In this document: positions 9,215 to 19,359 of the stretch, piece after piece | Numbering within the stretch: the first letter of the stretch is position 1 | Layout of the letters: each line of letters starts with the position of its first letter | Source: Lachnospiraceae bacterium | GTDB lineage: Bacteria > Bacillota > Clostridia > Lachnospirales > Lachnospiraceae | DNA: 64,000 nucleotides | Assembly (NCBI GenBank): GCA_024403415.1 | Contig: JAKSRY010000004.1 | Span: 26,536-90,535 of the forward strand | Reading direction: 5' to 3' | Translations under genes and position numbers: made by a program | Notes under the pieces: generated by a model | The model's input: only the letters and a program-made list of their open reading frames with translations | What the model was told of the DNA's origin: nothing | Databases searched by the model: none

Positions 9215-9332
9215 ATTAATCTCCATATCATTACAAAGTCATGGTGCTAATATTGAATAAAATTAGCCCTTCATATAAAATAAAAGTATATCAGAATTTT
9301 AAGAAAATGACTATTAGGTTAATAACACAAGA

Positions 9333-10706
9333 ATGAAGTCCGCAAAAGACAATAAGTCCTTAAAATTGATTATCATTTTGGGCGTAGGAATACTCTTACG
9401 CCTGTTTTATGTGGTCTTTTCTACCATTTATGATAGACAATACGATATTGGAATGATAGATATCGATGCGGGGCATACGGTTTCCGGTGGGCATTTGGCA
9501 TATATTCAGTATTTTTACCATAATCTGTCTATGCCTGATTTTGATCCCACAACGGTCTATCAGTTTCATCATCCGCCGCTTCATCATTATATCTGCGCAC
9601 TCTGGATGAGATTTCTGGGTCTTTTTATTAAAGATACATCGCTTTTGGAAGAGTCAATTCAGATAATTCCACTTATCTGTTCAGTCGTTACACTTATATT
9701 TTTATACAAAATCATTAAGGAATTTAATCTTTCTTTCAGAGCCTCTTCTTTTATAATGCTCATTTTCAGTTTTCATCCTGCCTTTATTTTATTGTCAGGC
9801 AGTGTAAATAATGACTGCATGGCCCTGATGTTTACTGTAATGGCATGTTTTTATACTATCAGATGGGGTAAGAATCAGACGTATAAAAATATAATTGCCA
9901 TAGCTCTTTGCATCGGTCTTGGAATGAGCACCAAACAGAATGTTGCCGAACTTGCATTTCCGATTGGTATTGTATTTTTATATATCTTTTTTAAGAATAT
10001 ACGCAAGGATAAAAAGAAAGTATCCCTGTTTATTAAACAGTTTGGTATTTTCTTATTGATAGCAGCACCACTTGGCATGTGGTTCTATATAAGAAATCTT
10101 GTTAAATATGATGTCAGCATGCTGTGGGTATATGAATTGCCTGAGGATTCATGGCAGTATACGGGAAATGTTCCGGTAATAAACAGATTCCTGTGGCCAA
10201 TCCCCTCCGATATTGTGGATAATATCAAAAACTTTAAGATAGGCTGTGGTTATAATGTCTGGGTTTCAATAATGAGAACCTCAGTCCTTGGTGAGTGGGA
10301 TATGGCAGGAGTAGCATCCGTAGTCAAACTTATTTCTGTATTTTTGATGTTAACCGGTGCGGTTCTTGGTATATTTGCGTTCGGAAGCTTCGTCCTTACC
10401 TTTGTAACGAGGTACTCGCGAAACAGAGGAGTTCACATAGAAAAAACCAATTCGATTTTCTTTGTTACGGCATATATTGTTACAATGATTTTTTATCTTT
10501 CATTTGCCTACAAGTACCCGCAGGAATGCAGTATGAATTTCAGATATATTACAATTGCAATTCTTTTCCCTGCAGTTGGAGCAGGTATTTGTTATGACAA
10601 AATGAAAAGACAGATATTCAGATCGGTTATAGGCTTGTGCCTTGCAGCTTTTTGTGTTCTCAGTATTTTAATGACAGTGATTTGGTGCTTTGGTGTTGGA
10701 GCATAG
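9333..10706 (+). CDS. GT-C fold polytopic membrane glycosyltransferase (ArnT/PMT, GT39-like)
   Basis: 457 aa with more than 10 predicted TM helices. Acidic first extracytoplasmic loop IYDRQYDIGMIDID. General resemblance to the ArnT/PMT_2 family. No clear SD, so the start is uncertain. Confidence 0.5.
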   Translation: MKSAKDNKSLKLIIILGVGILLRLFYVVFSTIYDRQYDIGMIDIDAGHTVSGGHLAYIQYFYHNLSMPDFDPTTVYQFHHPPLHHYICALWMRFLGLFIKDTSLLEESIQIIPLICSVVTLIFLYKIIKEFNLSFRASSFIMLIFSFHPAFILLSGSVNNDCMALMFTVMACFYTIRWGKNQTYKNIIAIALCIGLGMSTKQNVAELAFPIGIVFLYIFFKNIRKDKKKVSLFIKQFGIFLLIAAPLGMWFYIRNLVKYDVSMLWVYELPEDSWQYTGNVPVINRFLWPIPSDIVDNIKNFKIGCGYNVWVSIMRTSVLGEWDMAGVASVVKLISVFLMLTGAVLGIFAFGSFVLTFVTRYSRNRGVHIEKTNSIFFVTAYIVTMIFYLSFAYKYPQECSMNFRYITIAILFPAVGAGICYDKMKRQIFRSVIGLCLAAFCVLSILMTVIWCFGVGA

Positions 10707-10707
10707 A

Positions 10708-13700
10708 ATGAGTATGGATAAGCGAAAAAAGATAATATTTCTTTTAGCCACAGGGGCTGTTACCCTCGTGGCTTTTTGTGCTGTATTCATTTTGGACGGT
10801 TTCTTTCCATTTGGAAATGGCTCAACAATTGCGCTTGATCTTCATTCACAATATACACCACTGCTATACAGATTTTATGATATAGTGACCGGTTCAAAGG
10901 GTGTGGCAGTAGATTTTCATATAGCCGGTGGGATGAATATATTTGCAGACTCTGCTACCGAACTGTTGAATCCGGTTAATTATCTGCTTCTTTTGTTTGG
11001 AAGAGAAAATATTTATCTTGCGGTAAATATAATGCTGATGGTATATGGTCTTTTGGCTTCCATGTCAGCTTTTGGTGTTCTTGATTATCTGTTCCCATCA
11101 AAAAAGTACCTGAATATGGTACTGAGTGTATCTTATGCGTTGAGTTTCTTTGCAGCATATCAGTTTGAGATAATAAGATGGATGTTCCCAATGGCGCTTT
11201 TCCCACTTATTTTCTTAAGCCTTCTTTGGCTTCTTCATAAGAAAAAGCCTGTATTATTCATTATTTTAATTGCATATCAGTTAATGTTAAGCCTTCAGCT
11301 TGGTATTCAGACTTTGGGCTTTTCACTTGTTATAAGCATATTTTATCTTTATAAGGAAAAGAAGAATAATCAAAGTACAGGTTATAAATCCTTCATTTTG
11401 ATTATCTCCGTAATCCTTGCTGTTCTAATTTCGGCAATAGTTCTTATTCCTGAAATCATTAATCTTATGTCTTCTTCAAGATCACTGGAGAATTCAGTGA
11501 TAACAAATATAGTAACAAGTCATGGCTTTGATGATATTCTTGAAAGAATACTGGAGGTAATAAGTCCTGTTGTTCTTGGTCTGTTCGTGGTTTTATTTAT
11601 AAGACTGAAGGGAAAGAGAAAGGATGTTTACAGAGAAAACAGGTTTATGTTTTACCCTCTTTTTCTCCTTCTGATAACAGTTTTGTTTGAGCCGAGTAAT
11701 CTTATTTGGCATCTTGGTTCCTACAAGTGTTTCCCTGTACGTTTCGGATATATGGTACTGTTTTACAGCATATATCTTTTGAGATTTTTGTTTGAAAAGG
11801 TTTCTTTGGAAAATGAAAAAACAGAGACTAAGAAAAAATCAATTGGCAGATTTGTATTGATCATTCTTGCCGTAGTGCTTTCAATAGCAGTACTGGGTTT
11901 TGCATACGTGAACAGACTTGATCTTTCACAGGCATTTGCTACTTTGGCCATAAGTTATCTTTGTATCAAAGAAACCATGTGGTTTTATGGAATGATGATT
12001 CTTCTTTCGGCAGCAGTTGTCATTTGTGCAGTTAACACGCATTTTGAAAAGAAAGGACTAAGCCGGTATATATTGATTCTCATTACCATGATAAGCGGGA
12101 TGGTGATGTATATTTCTGTTTTGTTTCCGCAGACCTCGCTTGCCAGAACATATGATGAAAAAGCCTATGAAGTTATGAATGAATCTCCAAATGCCGGTGA
12201 TTCCAAGGCAGATTCATTTACCATACATGTTCGCGACAACAATAAGCTGCCATTAAATGCTGCCCTTGTTACTAATGAATATTCAATGACAGCATATATT
12301 CCGTCAGGTGAAGGAAAGAAATACAGTGAGGGAATGAAAGACCTGTCTTATGCCACACCCTGGATATCCGTAAGAAGTAATGGTGGTCCGACACTTTCAG
12401 ACATGGTACTTGCCATTGATAATGGTAATATTTATAAGCCTGTTAATATGGGAATTCTGATTTCTGACTCAAATTATGAGCAGTTAAAGCAGGGTTCAGG
12501 TTATATGGCTTTATCCAAAGCTCTGTCGGCTGAATATCTTGGTAAGGTAATCGATGTTGAAAAGTCAGATAAGCTTAATGAATTGAATGAAGCTGTTTAT
12601 GAAAGGAATCAGGGAAGACAGATTATATTTGATAACAGACACCAGACTGTGCAGATTGTTTCTGATAATCCCATGTATGGCAATCTTTTACTTCCTATGG
12701 GATATATAGACGGCTGGAATTCAGATAGCGGACAGGTTGGAGCATATCTTAAAGGATTTATTGCACTTGAAGGCCTGAATGGTGAGACTACAGTAACATT
12801 AAACTATAACCTTCCGGGTAAAAATACAGGAATTGTTATTTCTGCTGCAGGGGTTATACTTCTCATTCTTCTTATCTTTTTACTGAGAAAGGGCAAACCG
12901 GCCGAGGGAGAATATAAACCATGGGCAATAGCCTTTAGAGCAGTAGCTGCAGCATTTATCATTGTTGTATATATTTTAGCGAATCTAATGATGTTTATAT
13001 ATATGGGATTCAAGTTCTTTGGAAAGGATCTGAAACCATTGCTTGAAAGTGCTTCGGTAGAAGAAACCGGTTCAGTGCTTCTTGATGCGACTGTTGAAGA
13101 TGAAGGAATAACGGTTATTCTTGGAAAAAACAGTCTCACATCGGAAATAGAAGATATTTTGGCAGATTCTGTGGAAAATCCGGAGTTTGATCCGTCAAAA
13201 GCTATAGATCATGATGCCAAAACACCTAATTCACGATGGTCTTCAGCAAATGACTGGGAAAATGCAGATCATTTTCTTCAGGCAGAATTTAACGATACGA
13301 CCACTGTCAGTGCACTTAAGATATACTGGGAAAGAACAAATGCTTCCAATTACGCGATTGAGATTTCAGATGACGGCGAGAGTTGGACAGAAGTAACAGC
13401 CTTTGATTCCCCTTCATTAAATAAAGAGCAGACCATCATTTTTGACAGTCCCGTGAGTGGAAAATATATTCGTATTCATGTTAAGGATGTCGAAAGGAAG
13501 GAAGAGGACTTAAGTCTGTATTACCAGAATGTTTCCATTCGGGAATGGGAAATCTTTAAGGACTCAGAACTGTTTGTAATAAAAAAACCGGAACTTACAT
13601 CGGGATATATGAGAGAAATACCGATTCCGGAGGTTCCGTTGGAGTATGAATTAAGCTTTGGCGGAATTAATTATGAAGATCTTCTTAATGAGGATACATT

Positions 13701-15201
13701 TGCTGATACAATATCAGAGGTTTTGATTAATCTAGGATATATTCTGACTGTTGATGATAAGGAATACGAACTTCCTGGCTTTGATCTTGTTCTTCCGGCA
13801 AGTGACGGAAGTGAAAAAGAGCAGTTTCCTTATAAAGATACAGTGGTTCGGGAGTGGAAGAGAAGTGTCGGTGAAATAAATATTGAAAATGCTTCGTTTA
13901 AGATATTTAGTCAGATTGATGACTTTGAAGAAGAAAAGAGTCTTTTTGAAAATGAAATTAAAGAGATAATTCCATTGAAGGATTTATCAGATGAGAGCGA
14001 TAACGAGATAACTGTTGAACTGATGGAAGAGAGTATTTCAGGTAATAGGGATTCGGAATTATATGAGATTATGGTAGATCCATCCGGAAGTATTATAGTT
14101 AGAGCTGAAACATACAGAGGATTAAGAAGAGCAGAGATTACTTTGGAAAAGATGCTTATCGAAAATCCTAAAGCCATTCCCTGCGGAACTATAAGAGATT
14201 ATCCGGAATATGAGGTCAGAGGCTTTTCCATAGATCTTGGAAGAAGACCTGTTTCAGTGGATTTTCTTAAAACTGTAATTGATGAGATGTCGCGAAACAA
14301 TATGAATTCTCTTCAGCTTCACTTAAACGACAATGCCATTATAAGTGAGAGTGAATTTGATGGAACTGTTGAAGGGGCAAGGAATCTTTATTCAGCTTTC
14401 AGACTTGAATCAAAACTCGGTATTTCAGCAGAAGATTTTATTTATACGAATGAAGAAATAAGAGAATTGATACATTACGGAAAATTAAGAGGAATAGAAA
14501 TTGTTCCTGAAATAGATACTCCGGCACATTCCCTGGCTTTAACCAGTAAATATCCGAATCTTGGATTTTCAAATGATCCCAATATGGTAGATACTTTGGA
14601 TGTCGGACGTACAGAGGCAGTAAATACGGTTATTGATATATGGTCAGAATATCTGACAAAGGGTGATGCTGAAACATCATTATTTGAGGAAACCGGTACC
14701 GTACATCTTGGTATGGACGAATATTATGGAGATTTCGGAGATTATCATGATTATATAATTACCCTTTCACGTGCGATAAAAGATATGTCACCGACAAAGA
14801 AGCTTAGAATGTGGGGCAGTCTTACTTATAAAGATATGGAGCTGTCAGACTTGCCAAAGGATATCGAGGTGATGATTTGGAGCACTGTCTGGGCAGAGCC
14901 TGATAAACTGTTCGACGAAGGATTCCGCCTGATAAACTGTCTTAATAATAATCTTTATATAATAGTAGGTGGTGGTTTTGATCGTCTGAATACAGAATAT
15001 CTTTCAAAGTCCTGGGAACCGAATGTATATGAAACTGAGGAAAAGACAATTGTTTTACCAAAGTGGTCATCAAAGGTTCTGGGTGCATGCTATTCTTTAT
15101 GGAACGATAATTATACCAAGGGAATAGATAATTCTACGGAAGAGGATCTTCTTGGAAGAATTGAAGAACCAATGAAGATTATTGCAGATAAGTTGTGGTA
15201 A
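10708..15201 (+). CDS. Fusion protein: YfhO-type GT-C membrane domain + F5/8 type C (CBM32) module + GH20 beta-N-acetylhexosaminidase domain
   Basis: YfhO-like N-terminus FFPFGNGSTIALDLHSQYTPLLYRFYD with many TM helices. Two late TMs: GIVISAAGVILLILLIFLL and WAIAFRAVAAAFIIVVYILANLMMFIYMGF. Discoidin-like RWSSANDWENADHFLQAEF...ALKIYWERTNASNYAIEISDDGESWTEV (nt about 13160-13560). GH20 motifs YEVRGFSIDLGRRP, LQLHLNDN, PEIDTPAHS and VHLGMDEY (nt about 14200-15198). GGAG lies 7 nt before the ATG at 10708. Confidence 0.8.
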   Translation: MSMDKRKKIIFLLATGAVTLVAFCAVFILDGFFPFGNGSTIALDLHSQYTPLLYRFYDIVTGSKGVAVDFHIAGGMNIFADSATELLNPVNYLLLLFGRENIYLAVNIMLMVYGLLASMSAFGVLDYLFPSKKYLNMVLSVSYALSFFAAYQFEIIRWMFPMALFPLIFLSLLWLLHKKKPVLFIILIAYQLMLSLQLGIQTLGFSLVISIFYLYKEKKNNQSTGYKSFILIISVILAVLISAIVLIPEIINLMSSSRSLENSVITNIVTSHGFDDILERILEVISPVVLGLFVVLFIRLKGKRKDVYRENRFMFYPLFLLLITVLFEPSNLIWHLGSYKCFPVRFGYMVLFYSIYLLRFLFEKVSLENEKTETKKKSIGRFVLIILAVVLSIAVLGFAYVNRLDLSQAFATLAISYLCIKETMWFYGMMILLSAAVVICAVNTHFEKKGLSRYILILITMISGMVMYISVLFPQTSLARTYDEKAYEVMNESPNAGDSKADSFTIHVRDNNKLPLNAALVTNEYSMTAYIPSGEGKKYSEGMKDLSYATPWISVRSNGGPTLSDMVLAIDNGNIYKPVNMGILISDSNYEQLKQGSGYMALSKALSAEYLGKVIDVEKSDKLNELNEAVYERNQGRQIIFDNRHQTVQIVSDNPMYGNLLLPMGYIDGWNSDSGQVGAYLKGFIALEGLNGETTVTLNYNLPGKNTGIVISAAGVILLILLIFLLRKGKPAEGEYKPWAIAFRAVAAAFIIVVYILANLMMFIYMGFKFFGKDLKPLLESASVEETGSVLLDATVEDEGITVILGKNSLTSEIEDILADSVENPEFDPSKAIDHDAKTPNSRWSSANDWENADHFLQAEFNDTTTVSALKIYWERTNASNYAIEISDDGESWTEVTAFDSPSLNKEQTIIFDSPVSGKYIRIHVKDVERKEEDLSLYYQNVSIREWEIFKDSELFVIKKPELTSGYMREIPIPEVPLEYELSFGGINYEDLLNEDTFADTISEVLINLGYILTVDDKEYELPGFDLVLPASDGSEKEQFPYKDTVVREWKRSVGEINIENASFKIFSQIDDFEEEKSLFENEIKEIIPLKDLSDESDNEITVELMEESISGNRDSELYEIMVDPSGSIIVRAETYRGLRRAEITLEKMLIENPKAIPCGTIRDYPEYEVRGFSIDLGRRPVSVDFLKTVIDEMSRNNMNSLQLHLNDNAIISESEFDGTVEGARNLYSAFRLESKLGISAEDFIYTNEEIRELIHYGKLRGIEIVPEIDTPAHSLALTSKYPNLGFSNDPNMVDTLDVGRTEAVNTVIDIWSEYLTKGDAETSLFEETGTVHLGMDEYYGDFGDYHDYIITLSRAIKDMSPTKKLRMWGSLTYKDMELSDLPKDIEVMIWSTVWAEPDKLFDEGFRLINCLNNNLYIIVGGGFDRLNTEYLSKSWEPNVYETEEKTIVLPKWSSKVLGACYSLWNDNYTKGIDNSTEEDLLGRIEEPMKIIADKLW

Positions 15202-15253
15202 TAATGGTAGTGTCAAATGACCTGTGAAAAAGAATTGAAGGAGAAGATGGTGT

Positions 15254-17536
15254 ATGGAAAAATTATGGTATGGAGAACCGGCCAAAATATGGGAAGAAGC
15301 TCTTCCATTGGGTAATGGTCGACTTGGAGCCATGGTAAGCGGTAATGTCATTAATGAGTCTATAGGAGTTAATGAAGAATCCATATGGTATGGTGGTCCG
15401 ATGGACAGAAATAATGAGGATGCAAAGGAAGCTCTTCCAAAGGTAAGAAAACTTATTTTTGAAGGAAAAATAGCAGAAGCAGAAAGTCTTTTGGCAACTT
15501 CTTTTACTGGAACTCCTGAAGCAATGCGTCCGTATCAGTCACTTGGTTCAATTGAACTTCGATTTAAGGATTTATATGAACCAAGAAACTATTACAGAGA
15601 ACTTGATTTGGAGGATGCTGTATATAAACAGAATTTTACTGTCGAAGATACCAGATTTGTCAGGATGATGCTTATTTCAAGACCTGATGATGCAATGGTT
15701 ATGTATTTTAAGACAGAAGGTGTTGTTAAGGTCAGCTTAAATGCTTTCTTAAGACGAGACCGTTTCTTTGACGGTGTTAAGAAATCCGGTGAAAATGGTA
15801 TATATTTGTACGGAAACCTCGGAAAAGGCGGATTCGATTTTGGAATGAGCCTTTCTGCCAAGACAGTTGGCGGAACCGTAAAAGTTGTTGGAGAACAGAT
15901 CGAAATTGAAGATGCAACAGAGGTAATGCTCATATTTACTGCAGCATCTACTTATAGACTTGGTGAAGGTGCGGACATCGAAGCACATAACAGGGAAATC
16001 ATTAAAAAGGTTGAGGCTAAGACCTTCTCCATGATAGTTAAGGATCATATTGAAGATTATCAGAATCTGTTCAACAGAGTTACCTTTGAAATTGGCGAAT
16101 GGACCTCTGCATCTGCTCTTCCTACTAATGAACGTGTTAAGAGAGTAATGCAGGGAAAACGTGGTGATATCAGTCTTTCAAAGCTGTTCTTTGATTATGG
16201 AAGATATTTGCTCATTTCATGTTCAAGACCCGGAGACCTTCCGGCAAATCTTCAGGGAATCTGGAATAAAGATATGACGCCTCCCTGGGATTCGAAATAT
16301 ACTGTAAATATAAATGCCCAGATGAATTACTGGCCTGCTGAAGTATGTAATCTGTCAGAATGTCATGAGCCATTGCTTGAGTTCATTAAAAAACTTGTTC
16401 CGAATGGTCGTAAAACTGCTAAAGAGATGTATGGCTGCAGAGGTTTTGTATGTCATCACAATACAGATATTTATGGAGATACGGCTCCTCAGGATATGTA
16501 TATCCCTGCAACCTACTGGGTAATGGGAGCTGCCTGGCTGTGTACACACATCTGGACTCATTATGAATATACTCTTGATGAAGAGTTTCTTAAGGAGTAT
16601 TTCCCTATAATGAGAGAGGCAGCAGAATTCTTCCTTGATTATCTAGTTGAACATAAGGGATATCTTGTAACCTGTCCTTCTGTTTCTCCTGAGAATACCT
16701 TTATTCTTCCAAATGGTCAGACAGGATCAAATATTTATGGTGTAACCATGGATAATCAGATTTTAAGAGATCTTTTCACTCAGTGTATTGAAAGTGCAAA
16801 GATTCTCAATGTAGAGGATGAATTAAACGAACAGATTAAGAAGGCTCTTAAGGCAATTAAGCCTACAGAGATTGGATTAAACGGTTATATCCTTGAGTGG
16901 CCGGAAGATTATGAAGAAGCTGAACCCGGACACAGACACATTTCACATCTTTACGGATTATATCCTTCTGACCAGATAAGTGTAGATAAGACACCTGATC
17001 TTGCAAGAGCTGCAAAGTTAACTCTTGAGAGAAGACTTGCAAAGGGTGGTGGTCATACCGGTTGGTCAAGAGCCTGGATTATTAACCATTATGCAAAGCT
17101 TTGGGAAGGTGAAAAGGCATATGATAACCTGGTGAAGCTGTTTGAAATGTCTGTTTATCCTAATCTTTTTGATAAGCATCCTCCGTTCCAGATTGATGGA
17201 AACTTTGGTGTTACGGCCGGAATTGCCAACATGATAGTCCAGTCTGACTTTGATAGAATTGTTCTTCTTCCTGCATGTCCAAAGGCATGGAAAGAAGGTT
17301 CAATGACAGGACTTAAAACAAAGAAAACAGGAACAATAGATATTTATTGGGAAAACAACAAATTAACTGAGGCATATCTTTCTTTTGAAAAGGACATTGA
17401 TATGGGAATCAGATACAAGGATATATGCCAAGATATGCACTTTGAGGCTAACAAGACATACCTGATTACGTTAGCTAACGCGTCTACTCTTGATATAAGC
17501 GAATATGTCGAAGAGGACGATGCAAATGAGTCTTGA
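15254..17536 (+). CDS. Glycoside hydrolase family 95 (alpha-L-fucosidase type), no signal peptide
   Basis: N-terminus LWYGEPAKIWEEALPLGNGRLGAMV, NINAQMNYWPAEVCNL, GHRHISHLYGLYP and GWSRAWIINHYA blocks characteristic of GH95. Confidence 0.85.
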   Translation: MEKLWYGEPAKIWEEALPLGNGRLGAMVSGNVINESIGVNEESIWYGGPMDRNNEDAKEALPKVRKLIFEGKIAEAESLLATSFTGTPEAMRPYQSLGSIELRFKDLYEPRNYYRELDLEDAVYKQNFTVEDTRFVRMMLISRPDDAMVMYFKTEGVVKVSLNAFLRRDRFFDGVKKSGENGIYLYGNLGKGGFDFGMSLSAKTVGGTVKVVGEQIEIEDATEVMLIFTAASTYRLGEGADIEAHNREIIKKVEAKTFSMIVKDHIEDYQNLFNRVTFEIGEWTSASALPTNERVKRVMQGKRGDISLSKLFFDYGRYLLISCSRPGDLPANLQGIWNKDMTPPWDSKYTVNINAQMNYWPAEVCNLSECHEPLLEFIKKLVPNGRKTAKEMYGCRGFVCHHNTDIYGDTAPQDMYIPATYWVMGAAWLCTHIWTHYEYTLDEEFLKEYFPIMREAAEFFLDYLVEHKGYLVTCPSVSPENTFILPNGQTGSNIYGVTMDNQILRDLFTQCIESAKILNVEDELNEQIKKALKAIKPTEIGLNGYILEWPEDYEEAEPGHRHISHLYGLYPSDQISVDKTPDLARAAKLTLERRLAKGGGHTGWSRAWIINHYAKLWEGEKAYDNLVKLFEMSVYPNLFDKHPPFQIDGNFGVTAGIANMIVQSDFDRIVLLPACPKAWKEGSMTGLKTKKTGTIDIYWENNKLTEAYLSFEKDIDMGIRYKDICQDMHFEANKTYLITLANASTLDISEYVEEDDANES

Positions 17537-17662
17537 AGATAGGTAATTCTTTATACTATAATGATATGAGTGTGTTGTTTAGGATTAATGCAGTCCATAA
17601 ATGGAACAATCCATATAGCATATAGTATTAAATTCAAAGAAAAATCAGATAGGAGCGAAAAA

Positions 17663-19243
17663 ATGATTAACTGGAAAAATTTAGATTCTCTGGATTCTTA
17701 TAAGGAATTACAGAACACCAAGGAAGTTAACCTGAAGGAAGTTATGGCCGGTGAAAACGGTGCAAAAAGAGTAAAAGACTATTCTATTAAGATGGCAGCA
17801 GGACTGACTTTCAACTATGCTGCAAAGAAGGTTGATGCTGAGATTCTTTCAGGCCTTGATAAACTTGCAAAGGAAGCAGAACTTGCAGATAAGTTTAAGG
17901 CTCTTTACGAAGGAGAAGTTATTAATACTGGAGAAAAGCGTCTTGTTCTTCATCAGCTTACAAGAGGTCAGCTTGGTGCAGATGTTATTAAGGACGGAGT
18001 TAATAAGAGAGAATTCTATGTAAATGAGCAGAATAAAATTGCTGAGTTTGCTAAGAAGGTTCATCAGGGTGAAATCACAAATGCAAAGGGAGAAAAATTC
18101 ACTCAGGTTGTACAGATTGGTATCGGCGGAAGTGATTTAGGTCCTCGTGCAATGTATCTTGCTCTTGAAAACTGGGCTAAGCAGACAGGCAACTTCAAGA
18201 TGGAAGCTAAGTTCATAAGTAACGTTGATCCAGATGATGCAGCTTCAGTTCTTAACTCAATTGATGTTGCTCATTCAATCTTTATTCTTGTATCAAAATC
18301 AGGAACAACTCTTGAGACATTAACTAACGAATCATTCGTTAAGGAAGCACTGGTTAAGGCAGGACTTAATCCTTCTAACCATATGGTTGCAGTTACAAGT
18401 GAAACATCACCTCTTGCTAAGAGCCCTGATTATCTTGCAGCATTCTTTATGGATGACTACATTGGAGGAAGATTCTCTTCTACATCAGGAGTTGGCGGAG
18501 CAGTTCTTTCACTTGCTTTCGGACCTGAAGTATTTGCTGATTTCCTTGAAGGCGCGGCAGAAGAAGATAAGCTTGCTGCTAATGCAAATATTTATGAAAA
18601 TCCTGCAATGATGGATGCATTGATCGGAGTATATGAAAGAAATATTCTTGATTATGACTGTACAGCAGTTCTTCCATATTCACAGGCATTGAGCCGTTTC
18701 CCTGCTCATCTTCAGCAGGCAGATATGGAATCAAACGGAAAGTCAGTTAACAGATTTGGAGAGCCCGTAAATTACAAGACAGGCCCTGTTATTTTTGGAG
18801 AGCCCGGAACAAACGGACAGCACTCCTTCTATCAGCTCCTTCATCAGGGAACAGATATCATTCCTCTTCAGTTTGTTGGATTTAAGAATTCACAGGCAGG
18901 ATGGGATGTTGATATCCAGGGAAGCACAAGCCAGCAGAAGTTATGTGCTAACGTAGCTGCACAGATTATTGCTTTTGCTCTTGGTAAGGATGATGAGAAC
19001 AATAATAAGAAGTTCGAAGGAAACAGACCTTCAAGCATTATTATTGGTGAAAAGCTTGATCCTAAAGCACTTGGAGCTTTGCTTTCACACTTTGAAAACA
19101 AGATTATGTTCCAGGGATTCACATGGAATGTTAACAGCTTTGATCAGGAAGGTGTTCAGCTTGGTAAGGTTCTTGCAAAGAAAGTTCTTGCTCATGAAAC
19201 AGAGGGTGCTTTGAAAGAATTCAGCGATTTACTTAACATCTAA
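17663..19243 (+). CDS. pgi: Glucose-6-phosphate isomerase
   Basis: IGIGGSDLGP, VSKSGTTLET, GEPGTNGQHSFYQLLHQG. AGGAG lies 7 nt upstream of the ATG at 17663; the track start at 17570 adds an implausible 31-aa extension. Confidence 0.93.
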   Translation: MINWKNLDSLDSYKELQNTKEVNLKEVMAGENGAKRVKDYSIKMAAGLTFNYAAKKVDAEILSGLDKLAKEAELADKFKALYEGEVINTGEKRLVLHQLTRGQLGADVIKDGVNKREFYVNEQNKIAEFAKKVHQGEITNAKGEKFTQVVQIGIGGSDLGPRAMYLALENWAKQTGNFKMEAKFISNVDPDDAASVLNSIDVAHSIFILVSKSGTTLETLTNESFVKEALVKAGLNPSNHMVAVTSETSPLAKSPDYLAAFFMDDYIGGRFSSTSGVGGAVLSLAFGPEVFADFLEGAAEEDKLAANANIYENPAMMDALIGVYERNILDYDCTAVLPYSQALSRFPAHLQQADMESNGKSVNRFGEPVNYKTGPVIFGEPGTNGQHSFYQLLHQGTDIIPLQFVGFKNSQAGWDVDIQGSTSQQKLCANVAAQIIAFALGKDDENNNKKFEGNRPSSIIIGEKLDPKALGALLSHFENKIMFQGFTWNVNSFDQEGVQLGKVLAKKVLAHETEGALKEFSDLLNI

Positions 19244-19264
19244 TAGTAAATAATTATTTAGTCA

Positions 19265-19292
19265 TTCCCTAAGTATATCCATGCTTAGGGAA
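19265..19292 (+). terminator. Hairpin after pgi (probable terminator, weak U-tract)
   Basis: TTCCCTAAG / CTTAGGGAA 9-bp stem with a 10-nt loop, 22 nt after the pgi stop. Confidence 0.45.
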
Positions 19293-19359
19293 ATTGACTT
19301 TTATTGTAAAGATATTTGCGGTTGTCAAATTTGATATATTAAAAACCATAAGGACTACT

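Noticed and set aside
10295-10597. 100-aa alternative-frame ORF inside the GT-C membrane protein gene
   Set aside because: A same-strand overlap in another frame of a continuous 457-aa membrane protein ORF. There is no independent support.
17570-17662. N-terminal extensions proposed by the ORF track (pgi from 17570; also 19294 for YitT, 60367 for the lipoprotein, 41864 for tilS, 10690 for the fusion protein)
   Set aside because: In each case a downstream ATG has a proper SD and yields the family-typical N-terminus. The extensions run through terminators, promoters or the preceding gene.
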